Shown here: positions 38,301 to 46,320 of the stretch, in pieces | How the letters are laid out: each line of letters opens with the position of its first letter | Numbering within the stretch: the first letter of the stretch is position 1 | From: Octopus sinensis | Lineage: Eukaryota | Length of the DNA: 64,000 nucleotides | Direction: 5' to 3' | Assembly: GCF_006345805.1 (NCBI RefSeq) | Contig: NC_043012.1 | Span: forward strand, 33,976,001-34,040,000 | Position numbers and translations under genes: made by a program | Notes under the pieces: model-generated | Database searches by the model: none | Seen by the model: the letters and a program-made list of their open reading frames with translations, nothing else | What the model was told of the DNA's origin: nothing

Positions 38301-41300
38301 ATTTAAATTTAATTTGTCAAAATATTTTCGTCGCTTTGAAAGTGTGATCTGTTCACTAACAAAATTCCATCAGTGAACAGATCACAGTTTCAAAGCAACA
38401 AAAATATTATAACAAATTAAATTTAAATGTTGAAGTGAATATAATGGTTTTTGTATGTTTTTAAATAGCTTATAAACACCTTTCACACTGCAATTGTTTT
38501 TGTTTCAGCACACGATCTCAGATCAAGTCACCTGCTATGCAAGTACATTTCCGCAACATTTAATTATTAAAATTTTATTATTTTGCTTCCATTTCTAATT
38601 TATATTACACACACACATATAATGTGGTCCAACGAATGTAAGATGTGATAATAAATCAAGTCTGTTAAGAATCCCCTAGGAATAGTTACAAGAGAGGCCT
38701 TGATGGTACTGAATCAAAGGGCTAATTAAGATGGAGCAGAGAGTAGAATTGCAAAAGGAACATAGCATTTAAACCAGCCACACCTGGCCAAAATATTCTA
38801 CCTGCTTTATGTTCAGCCCTAGCCTCTTACCTGTACCTCTACAATATTATTCTAACATACACAATTACATCATCAAAATCTTAAAGCTAAGAGATAACGA
38901 ATGTTTAATTCAAAACAATGTGGATTAATAAGCAGAATATTCGACAAATTGGAATGCTAAAGGTTTAATGCCTGCTGTGTGTGTGTAAACACAAACATAG
39001 GTGTAATTGTTTATGTGTATGTGTGGATATGTGTGAGTATGCATGTGTGCTAATATATCCTTATTTACATGGATGTTCTATGCTATGGATGTACATATCT
39101 GTGTTGTTGAATATAGTTAGATGTATAGACACATGTATAAGTATACATCATCATCATCATCGTTTAACGTCCGCTTTCCATGCTAGCACGGGTTGGATGG
39201 TTCGACCGGGGTCTGGGAAGCCAGGAGGCTGCTCCAGACCCAGTCTGATCTGAGTTTCTACAGCTGGATGCCCTTCCTAACGCCAACCACTCCGTGAGTG
39301 TAGTGGGTGCTTTTATGTGCCACTAGCACAGGGGCCATGATTGGCTGGTACTTTTTACGTGACACCGGCACGGAGGCCAGTCGAGGCGGCGCTGGCAACG
39401 GCGACGTTCGGATGGTTCTTCTACGTGCCACTGGCACAGGGATCACAACTGCAATTTCCATTGATTTCCATTTCACTTGCCTCAACAGGTCTTCGCAAGC
39501 AGAGTTATATGTTTGAAAATAAATGTGTATGTGGGGGTGATGTATATATGTGTGTATCTAGATATATAGATAGTCCACCCATAAATGGGGATAAATGTGC
39601 ACATGTATTTTTAAGAGTCTGTATACATATGCCTGTGTGTATTTGTACACACACACACAGCGTGTATGTATATAGCAGTGAAACTAGAGATATATATATC
39701 AGGCAGGTGGGTTACACAGAACTGTGAAGGTGATTCTAGAAGACATTGCTAGTAGTAGCAATAATAGGAAAGTATATACCAACCTCTCGATCAAATCCAC
39801 AACCGCTCGCTTCCATGTTCCCATTTGTAATGCAAGATCAGCAACTGCAAGGGATAACTGTAAAAAAAAAAAATGTTTTTAAATTAAGATTTGTGTGTGT
39901 GTAGTTCTCGTCATTTTATATCTCTTATCCATTCTGGTATGGGTTGAACAAGTCAGCTCACACAGGTAGGTCATTTAGTGATAAACCATGCCCTCAACAA
40001 GACAATTAGGTACTCTCAACTTCACAGGATGTAATGGATGTCTTTTACCTGGCACTAGCACTAGAAGGACAGCCGTATCCTCATCATGACTGAAGGGACT
40101 TCACAATTCCATGTCTCTGCTCATTCCTCCAGCTCTTTACAGAATAAGAAGTGTGAGCAACAGAGGTATGAATAATAATTGGTAGGAGGGTCGTGTGATA
40201 GTGGCAGAAGTGATAGGAGTACTCAGTAGTCAGAAAAAGGTAACAAATTTCCTGGTTCACGAATTGAAGTCACAATTTTACGATCATGAGTCCGACACCC
40301 TAACCACTAAGCCATACACGTCCACTAATCAGTCATTAACAATCTAAATTAAATCAATAGAATACAGGGCATTACATTTTAGAACACACTACCATAGTTC
40401 ATAAAGAAGCGAGATTATCCTGCCACAATCGGGTAAAGGGTAAGATACTGCTGCTGAGAGACAGTTCCTCAAAATGGTTAGGGTTAAGCATTGAAATCGT
40501 GCAAGTAAAACTGAGAAAAAGAGACGAACATTACAACCAAGGTGATTAAGGATATTACAATAAGTTGTAAAACCAATCATTTAAATGTTAGGAAGATATA
40601 CCAACCTGAGTTACTATCACAGGCGCAGTTTCTGGATTTATTTTACTGGCATGGTTTAATAAGGAATCTCTTAAACACTGAAATAGAAATGAAAATCAAT
40701 CTTGAAACACAAGCCACTTCAACCTTCTAGAAATAGCAGCAAAAAAAAAAAAAGGAAAAAAAAACTCATTCACATCACACTCTAACATCATATGAAACAA
40801 GGAATACATTTGGCTATGAGGGCCTATGTAAGAAGACAATAGGATTAGGGCTGGAGTAGCTTGAGTTTACTGAATTAGAGATAACTTGGAGCTATCACTA
40901 AACAGCAACAACACACCTAAAGCTCCACGAGGCTCTGGCAGGGGGTGGTGGCAACCCCTGTTGTACTCTTTCGCTCCAACTTTCTCTCACTCTTTCTTCC
41001 TGTTTCTTGTCCCCGACTTCCTACACAACCGCTGAGCCTGGATGCGCATTCATCCATCCGTCGATGCTCTCGGTGTCGGGGGTTGACTTGCTTTCTCTTC
41101 TGCGGGTCTTACGAAGAGCAAAGGACCATGTTTCGGACTTCTCCCACTGCTCTGGGACGAAGACCGTTTCGCTCAACAAACAAACAAACAGCAACAACAA
41201 ATGTTGTTGCTGTTTAGTGATATACACCATTTCTAACCAAGTGACATAAAATGGTGACAATTCCTTAGCCCAGTCAGGAATTAGAAGAATCACATCATTG

Positions 41301-43680
41301 GAACCTTAAAGCTACAAGATAATTCAAAATAATGTGAATAAATAAGAAATACTTTTGACAGAGTGAGCTGAATGCTAAAAGATTAAACCTATTTATAGTC
41401 TTGATGTGGACAAATTAACTAAAATCGTTTATTTGTGAGAAATACAGGTGCAGGCTTAGCTGTGGGGTGAGAAGTCTGCCTCCCAACCACAGGGTTTCGG
41501 GTGTGGCACTTTGGGCAAGTGCTTTCTACCATAGTTTCAGGTCAACCCAAGCCCAGTGAGTGGGTTTGGTAGACAGAAGCTGAAAGTAGTCCATCATATA
41601 TGCATATATGTGTGTGTGTTTGTCTCCCACCACTGCATGACAACCAGTATTGGTGTGTTTATGTTCCTGTAACTTAGCAGTTTGGCAAAAATGACTGACA
41701 GAATACCATCTTTTACAAAATATAATAAGTACTGGGGTTAATTCGCTCAACTAAAATTCCTCAAGGCAATGACGGAAACATCATCATCGTTTAACATCCG
41801 TTTTCCATGCTAGCATGGGTTGGATGTTTCGACCGGGGTCTGGGAAGCCAGGAGGCTGCACCAGGCTCCAGTCTGATCTGGCAGTGTTTCTACAGCTGGA
41901 TGCCCTTCCTAACGCCAGATGCCCTTCCTAACACCAACAAATAAGATAAAAGATATGATCTTGAAATGGTGTACATTTATGCCTTGGTTCACCAGCAGTT
42001 GTCCTGAAATACATATAGGGATTCAAGAAGGGGACACAAAAATGAATAAGGTAGCTAGTAAAGCGGGTACTTATTGCGATGAGGTTACTAATAAAAGGTG
42101 TACTTACTGAGTGTGATGATGCTGGTAATTCATGAAAGAAACATTGTATCTGTAAAATAAAATATAGGCATTATTCACACACATCGTCATTTCATTTAGC
42201 ATCCGTTTTCCTTGCTAGCATGGGTTAGAGGGCTCGACTGGAACTGGTAAGCCGGAGAACTGTACAAAGCTCCAGTCTGATTTTGGCTTGGTTTCTACGA
42301 CTGGATGCCCTTCCTAATGCCAACCACTCCAAGAGTGTAGTGGGTGCCTTTTATGTGTCACTGGCACAGGTGCCTCCATATGTGTCACCAGCACAGATGC
42401 CTTTCCCCTCTCACCGGCATGTGGGCTCTTTACGTGTCACCAGCACTGGCCAAGACTACGATTTTGTTTGGCTCAAGCAAAGCAAATCGCCAAGGGTCTC
42501 TCGACCACAGAGGCATTTGTGTATGTGTGGCTGAGCATATTTTACTTTTTCCTAATATCCAGGGCAAACAATATTACAGAGTCAAATCTAAGATTTGTTC
42601 AGCCATCCTTTTGAGAGGAAACATATCAATGTGTAAAACCAACCAAAATACCAAATCAACAGGTTATATTAAACCCTTTAGCATTTAAACCAGCCATATC
42701 CTGCCCTAATATTCTGCCTGCTTTATGTTCAAGCCAGGCAGATCTGGCTTCTCCCATTTACCGTACAATCATCATCACCACCATCATCATCATCGTTTAA
42801 CGTCCACTTTCCATGCTAGCATGGGTTGGACGGTTCGACCAGGGTCTGGGAAGCCAGGAGGCTGCACCAGGCCCCAGTCTTGATCTGGCAGTGTTTCAGC
42901 TGGATGCCCTTCCTAACATCAACCACTCCAAGAGTGTAGTGGGTGCTTTTTACGTGCCACCTGCACAGGTGCCATGAGAGGCTGGCAATGGCCACAATCG
43001 GTTGGTGCTTTTTATGTGCCACCGGCACAGAAGCCAGTCGAGGTGGCACTGGCAATGGCCATGTTCAGATGGTTCTTTTACGTGCCACTGGCACTGGTAT
43101 CACAACTACAATTTCCATCGATTTTTGATCGATTTCGATTTTACTTGCCTCAACAGGTCTTCGCAAGCAGAGTTTTGTGTCCCAAGAAGGACAGGTATGC
43201 ATAAGTGGACTGGCTACATCCCAGGTAGAGGCCACGGGTTATGGTCTCACTTGTCCTGCCAGGTCTTCTCACGCACAGCATACTTCCAAAGGTCTTGGTC
43301 ACTACGAACACCTTTTAGTGACACAATATATATAGTTACAGGACTGAAATCATGGTGTGGATGAGATCAAGAACCATTGGGTTTATATAATTATATTGAA
43401 TGGTTGACCCAAGTTCTTGGATAGTGGGTATTCTACTGACCCCCCGGTAGATAGGAATGATAAATTCAACTATCATTTCATCTACCATTAATGGTACCAA
43501 TCCGTAAATGTCTTTTTGATGGGAAATATAGTAAAAAAATAACTGACCCCAGTATTTGACTGGTACAATAGAAAGTCTTAAAACACAAACCTTTGTCCTC
43601 ATTGTTTGAGCAGCAAAATAACAGGATTCAAGATCTCGATTGACAGTCAGAAGTTGGTCCGCAACTTGCCATGCGAAAAC
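6602..43680 (-). CDS. TNPO3: Transportin-3 (Trn-SR, importin-beta family SR-protein importer); 26 coding exons, 888 aa recovered, N-terminal exon absent from window
   Basis: Exons assembled manually with GT/AG ends and matching phases. Translation follows recalled human TNPO3 end to end ([80 protein letters not shown], ...RLFR*). Confidence 0.97.
7005..7392 (+). mobile_element. Older RTE LINE 3' end ([34 protein letters not shown]) plus 3'UTR
   Basis: GRGRPRKxW motif typical of RTE C-termini, continuing into the same repeat body. Confidence 0.8.
8117..8229 (-). CDS. TNPO3: TNPO3 exon, 113 nt: [37 protein letters not shown](S)
   Basis: actgctag|ACC...AG|gtaaga; phase 0/2. Confidence 0.96.
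8395..8790 (-). mobile_element. piggyBac left end plus transposase start ([18 protein letters not shown]), truncated
   Basis: aaccctttcgatac terminus; the leader and N-terminus are homologous to the element at 45238-46320. Confidence 0.75.
9227..9394 (-). CDS. TNPO3: TNPO3 exon, 168 nt: [56 protein letters not shown]
   Basis: tctttcag|CAT...CCG|gtcagt. Confidence 0.96.
10734..10890 (-). CDS. TNPO3: TNPO3 exon, 157 nt: [52 protein letters not shown]
   Basis: tgattcag|G TTC...GAA|gtaagt; phase 2/0. Confidence 0.96.
11709..11803 (-). CDS. TNPO3: TNPO3 exon, 95 nt: [31 protein letters not shown](R)
   Basis: ttttgtag|GCA...AG|gtttgc; phase 0/2. Confidence 0.97.
12165..12281 (-). CDS. TNPO3: TNPO3 exon, 117 nt: [39 protein letters not shown]
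   Basis: ctttgcag|ATG...CAA|gtaagg. Confidence 0.97.
12865..13005 (-). CDS. TNPO3: TNPO3 exon, 141 nt: [47 protein letters not shown] (Arg-rich helix)
   Basis: gaaaccag|ATA...CAG|gtaaga. Confidence 0.97.
14951..15011 (-). CDS. TNPO3: TNPO3 exon, 61 nt: [20 protein letters not shown]
   Basis: attaacag|A CAT...GAG|gtaaac; phase 2/0. Confidence 0.95.
15241..15655. mobile_element. MITE, 415 bp, about 30-bp TIR, 6-bp TSD AAAGTT
   Basis: gggaacttttcggtttgaatggcagttttt ... aaaaactgccgttcaaaccgaaaagatccc; AAAGTT at 15235-15240 and 15656-15661. Confidence 0.85.
17163..17248 (-). CDS. TNPO3: TNPO3 exon, 86 nt: [28 protein letters not shown](R)
   Basis: tattgcag|CTA...AG|gtaatt; phase 0/2. Confidence 0.94.
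18132..18223 (-). CDS. TNPO3: TNPO3 exon, 92 nt: [31 protein letters not shown]
   Basis: tccccaag|GA ACT...AAG|gtaaag; phase 1/0. Confidence 0.95.
18330..18630 (+). mobile_element. Degenerate CR1/Jockey-like LINE 3' end with poly(A)
   Basis: Frameshifted ...LWNSLP... motif, ending in an A run. Confidence 0.45.
19561..19752 (-). CDS. TNPO3: TNPO3 exon, 192 nt: [64 protein letters not shown]
   Basis: ctcttcag|AT CCT...AAA G|gtaatc; phase 1/1. Confidence 0.97.
20011..20515. mobile_element. piggyBac-type TTAA MITE interrupted by an RTE reverse-transcriptase fragment (about 20150-20420, +)
   Basis: ttaaccctttagcatt...aatgctaaagggtt ends; the interior translates [23 protein letters not shown]...[19 protein letters not shown]. 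Confidence 0.75.
20760..20896 (-). CDS. TNPO3: TNPO3 exon, 137 nt: [45 protein letters not shown]
   Basis: actttcag|A GAT...TTA G|gtaagt; phase 2/1. Confidence 0.95.
23116..23213 (-). CDS. TNPO3: TNPO3 exon, 98 nt: [32 protein letters not shown](P)
   Basis: ttttctag|ATG...CC|gtaagt; phase 0/2. Confidence 0.94.
24502..24609 (-). CDS. TNPO3: TNPO3 exon, 108 nt: [36 protein letters not shown]
   Basis: tattacag|GAA...CAG|gtagta. Confidence 0.97.
25666..25812 (-). CDS. TNPO3: TNPO3 exon, 147 nt: [49 protein letters not shown]
   Basis: tcttgcag|GTT...CAC|gtaagt; embedded in track ORF 25588..25878. Confidence 0.97.
25966..26028 (-). CDS. TNPO3: TNPO3 exon, 63 nt: [21 protein letters not shown]
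   Basis: ttttgcag|GGT...GAA|gtaagt. Confidence 0.95.
26629..26704 (-). CDS. TNPO3: TNPO3 exon, 76 nt: [25 protein letters not shown]
   Basis: ttttccag|A ACA...CAG|gtaagt; phase 2/0. Confidence 0.95.
26976..27025 (-). ncRNA. Second hammerhead motif, sense to the TNPO3 pre-mRNA
   Basis: TTGTCA-GTGAACA-G-GTTGT-ggtctcaaa-GCGAC-GAA-AATATT-T-TGACAAA; stem II kept through two G-U wobbles. Confidence 0.55.
27047..27097 (+). ncRNA. Minimal type I hammerhead ribozyme, variant core (G3:C8, extra G after A9)
   Basis: TTTGTCA-GTGAACA-G-GTCGC-ggtctcaaa-GCGAC-GAA-AATATT-T-TGACAAA: 7-bp stem I, 5-bp stem II, GAAA, palindromic stem III. Confidence 0.6.
28150..28700 (-). mobile_element. Degenerate LINE 3' end
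   Basis: [18 protein letters not shown] motif followed by a gaagtgaagtg tail. Confidence 0.45.
28846..28946 (-). CDS. TNPO3: TNPO3 exon, 101 nt: [33 protein letters not shown](K)
   Basis: ttttccag|GAA...AA|gtatgt; phase 0/2. Confidence 0.95.
29570..30175 (-). mobile_element. Ty3/Gypsy (Mag-like) relic: LTR 3' part, PBS TGGTGACGAGG at 29927, gag start at 29859
   Basis: Frameshifted gag reading SLNEFSY(N)[33 protein letters not shown]; LTR ends in ...ACA at 29935. Confidence 0.7.
30778..30852 (-). CDS. TNPO3: TNPO3 exon, 75 nt: [25 protein letters not shown]
   Basis: ttttgcag|TCG...GAG|gtaaga. Confidence 0.95.
31525..31765 (+). mobile_element. RTE/BovB-like LINE fragment
   Basis: [40 protein letters not shown]...LRWFGHV. 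Confidence 0.85.
31787..32146 (+). mobile_element. Helitron/Helentron-like non-autonomous element
   Basis: actagc start with a perfect 13-bp hairpin (31788-31800/31814-31826), subterminal (acag)n and a tatatatagagagat end. Confidence 0.55.
32184..32327 (-). CDS. TNPO3: TNPO3 exon, 144 nt: [48 protein letters not shown]
   Basis: ctttccag|ACA...TTG|gtaagt. Confidence 0.95.
32452..33327 (+). pseudogene. Degenerate mariner transposase
   Basis: Frameshifted motifs: [48 protein letters not shown]...YHLF; a SINE is inserted at about 33333. Confidence 0.85.
33520..33840 (-). mobile_element. tRNA-derived SINE
   Basis: Head gtgaaggcgcatggctcagtggttagagcg...gagctcgaatacc on the minus strand. Confidence 0.7.
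34275..34367 (-). CDS. TNPO3: TNPO3 exon, 93 nt: [31 protein letters not shown]
   Basis: ttctgtag|ATC...CTA|gtaagt. Confidence 0.95.
34680..34962 (-). mobile_element. tRNA-derived SINE with central body cacctaaa.ctccacga..ctc.ggcagggg
   Basis: Head gtggaggcgcaatggcccagtggttagggcagcggactcgcg..ttcgatt. Confidence 0.75.
35170..35650 (-). mobile_element. R4/Dong-like non-LTR element, restriction-like endonuclease C-terminus, degenerate
   Basis: TENENYRIL..., [41 protein letters not shown]. Confidence 0.7.
36503..36566 (-). CDS. TNPO3: TNPO3 exon, 64 nt: [21 protein letters not shown]
   Basis: gttcag|A TAT...GAG|gtaagg; phase 2/0. Confidence 0.95.
38242..38557. mobile_element. Second, more diverged copy of the hammerhead foldback element, in opposite orientation
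   Basis: Same arms and gtgaacag core; 14-bp TSD ATTTAATTATTAAA at 38228-38241 and 38558-38571. Confidence 0.8.
38762..38968. mobile_element. piggyBac-type MITE (tagcatttaaacc...aatgctaaagg family), degenerate
   Basis: Homologous to 57652-57868; a partial copy also lies at about 42670-42770. Confidence 0.65.
39784..39857 (-). CDS. TNPO3: TNPO3 exon, 74 nt: [24 protein letters not shown](R)
   Basis: ttttacag|TTA...AG|gttggt; phase 0/2. Confidence 0.95.
40606..40677 (-). CDS. TNPO3: TNPO3 exon, 72 nt: [24 protein letters not shown]
   Basis: tatttcag|TGT...CAG|gttggt. Confidence 0.95.
40914..41185 (+). mobile_element. Headless SINE with (AAAC)n tail and 14-bp TSD
   Basis: AAACAGCAACAACA at 40900-40913 and 41186-41199; CpG-rich, suggesting a young copy. 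Confidence 0.75.
42108..42149 (-). CDS. TNPO3: TNPO3 small exon, 42 nt: [14 protein letters not shown]
   Basis: ttttacag|ATA...TCA|gtaagt; fills the gap corresponding to human IQTSFYELPTDSHA. Confidence 0.93.
42770..43310 (-). mobile_element. RTE LINE 3' end including the ORF C-terminus ([18 protein letters not shown]) and the whole 3'UTR
   Basis: The minus strand reads the ORF end directly into the dispersed repeat body and (GAT)n tail. Confidence 0.75.
43591..43680 (-). CDS. TNPO3: TNPO3 exon, 90 nt: [30 protein letters not shown]
   Basis: tttcctgtag|GTT...AAG|gtttgt; phase 0/0. Confidence 0.95.
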
Positions 43681-43887
43681 CTACAGGAAAGGAAAGAAAT
43701 TAAAGAAAATTAAAGAATAATGAAACTACATCTCTTCCCCACCCCACTACAAAAACACAAAGAATTTGTTGTTTAGCACCAAGCTATTCCTGGTCAAGTG
43801 GATCTACAAGCAAAGATACAGACACCAGAGTTAAAGCCATTGACTTGACTTGAGACAGCATTCACCCAGGGTGGGTTGAGCTGGCTT

Positions 43888-44138
43888 CATTCATCCTCAA
43901 AGCTGCATCTCTCACAAACGCCAACCAGGCCTGGCGATTTGAGGCTAACGACCGCATGATCTCCAACCACTCCTTATTCCAGCAGCGAACGCCATAGATA
44001 TGGGAACCTGGGTTGGGTTCCAGATCAGCCTTGACTGTCATCAGCCAGGTTTTTCATTGTCCACCACATCGCTTTCGCCAACCCTGAAGGGGAGCTGGGG
44101 CAATTGCCTCGTAGATGAATTCTCCCGGTTGACGACAG
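43888..44138 (-). mobile_element. LINE 3' fragment; the same family occurs at 60500-60861 (+)
   Basis: The plus-strand copy reads RRLYWLGH...GGQGKTWLMTVKADLEPNLGPHVYG...ASNRQAWLALVRDA; this copy is its reverse complement. Confidence 0.8.
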
Positions 44139-44710
44139 TTGACGTCAAGCCATTAAACCCAAACTTTAACAGGTTACAAGGTGAAAAATGTGGCCAGCTG
44201 ATTTGCATTGACCCTATATACTGTATTTGATTAGTCATTATCATCATTTTAACATCTGCTCTCCATGATGGCATGGGTTAGACAGTTCAACAGGATCTGA
44301 CAAGTCGGAGAAACGTTGTACTCCAAGGTCTGTTTTAACATGATTCCTACCAGTTGGATGTCCTTTCTAACACCAACCAATTAACAGAGAATAACAGGTA
44401 GTTTTTTTTTCCTTTTTTTTTTATGTGGCACCAACACAAGTGAGGCTGTCTTGAAATTTTCAAGACTAGATACCATACAATTTCCATAGTATCTACCACA
44501 GTATAGTTTGTTCTAACAGTACATCCACATTTAAGTGGGGACAAATATTACCTCTAGGAGAAAGTTTGGGATAATTCTAGGCATAGAGGGGGTATAAAAA
44601 AGTATGATGAAAAGAACAGATTTATAGTTGTGAGGTAGCGAAGATAGAATCACTATTGGTGCAGGATGTGGGGAAGGGTGAAGGGAAAGGGAAGGAATCA
44701 GAATCAATAA

Positions 44711-44940
44711 TTAACCCTTTTGATACTAACCCGGCTGAAACCGGCTCTGGCCCTGTAGTACAAATGTCTTGTTTTCAAAAGTTCTGAATTAAAATCTTCC
44801 ACCAAACCTTAGTCACAATTTATGTTTCTAAAACTAACTTCATGATAACTAAGTTATCTCACAAAAATTCTTTGTTATATTTAAAATAATTGAAAGAAAC
44901 ACAGAGCATCTCAAAATAAATAGAGTAACGAAAGGGTTAA
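44711..44940. mobile_element. piggyBac-derived MITE (family A), 230 bp; copies at 52533-52762 and 57496-57924
   Basis: TTAA-CCCTTTTGATAC...GTAACGAAAGGG-TTAA. Confidence 0.85.
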
Positions 44941-45237
44941 GGGGTTAGAATCAGAAATGGTATCATAAATTGAGTTAGAGTGAATGGTACAATAGACTGA
45001 AGAGTCAAAGGTGGAGCAGTAAGCAGTGGATAAATGCAATGTTATCAACCGGTTTGACTCTGCCAGTGACAAGTTCTAACTCCACTGATTAGTGATACCA
45101 GCTGACATACAACGACTAGAACAACATAAGAGAGATTGTCTCTCTCTTATCAGCTTGCAGCATCACCATCTGGGTTCTGTAACGGAAGAGGAAGTAACCA
45201 TTCTGAAATGCTTGCATCTCACAGTCTGTGAGCTGAT

Positions 45238-46320
45238 TTAACCCTTTCGTTACCAAACTGCCCAAAACCGCCCAAAAAAAATTTTGGTTAATGTGACCAA
45301 ACCGCCCGTATTTACCTATTCATATTTAAATGAGAATATCAGAGCAAATCTCTTTAGTACATTCGTGAAAACACGTATTATACTTCGTAAACAGTTCAAC
45401 TACAGTTTTGTACAAAAATCGAAGTGTAATTTTAATTCCGTGAATTTTGGGAGATTTTTTTCCGAAATTTGTTCCTAGTGTTTTCAAAATTTGTAATTCT
45501 GACAAAAAATGGATACGAATTTCATTATATCAAGCAGCGAGTCAGAATTCGAAGGATTTTCTACTGAAGAACTTCATAAATCTAACTCTATGACTGAAAA
45601 AAAAAAAGCACGTGGTATTTGATAATGAATCTGATGTTTCATTTTCCGAAAGTGAAAACAGTGAATCCGAGAGCTCCGACAGCGATAAAGAAAATGAATT
45701 GGCACCTGAATGGAGTGAAAATTTTAAAACTGTTTCTTTCGGTGATTTTTCTGAAGAAACTGGACCAAGCCACAGACTTTCTCAGAAGAGTAAAGCCTTA
45801 GACTATTTCTTTTTACTTTTTCGAATGAGCCTATTTGAAATCATTACGGCGGAAACGAACCGTTACGCTAAATGTAAACAAAGCGAAAGAAAGGATAGTT
45901 AGTGGTTTCCCACAACCTTAAATGGAATTAAGACTATTTTGCCATAAATATTATTATGGGTATCAGAAAGTTACCCAGAATAACAAATTCTATCGTAAAA
46001 TTTTGTTGTATACCCAATTGAATATTAGCTAATAACCCATTTTCTATAGCGATGTTTGAACAAAATTTTAATAATTTTATATTTTGTTGAATTTACCTGT
46101 ATCTACCTGCAATTAGAGTCACTTTGTGACAAAAATTATAGTATAGAATTGATTGAGAACATTTCATTAAATTATCTTCCAAAATTCACATTAATATATT
46201 GATAAATAAAAAAGTTATAGTTGTTTAATGAAACCAGACTAAATTTATGATTACGTTAGAAATTAATTGAAACACATAAGGGGTGTATTTTGGTCAGAAA
46301 TATAGTAACAAAAGGGTTAA
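45238..46320 (+). mobile_element. Internally deleted piggyBac with both TTAA ends and a disrupted transposase 5' part (ATG at 45509)
   Basis: TTAACCCTTTCGTTAC...GTAACAAAAGGGTTAA; acidic N-terminus then LDYFFLLF..IITAETNRYAK...WFPTT..INIIMGIRKLP; frameshift in an A run and a TAG at about 45900. Confidence 0.9.
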
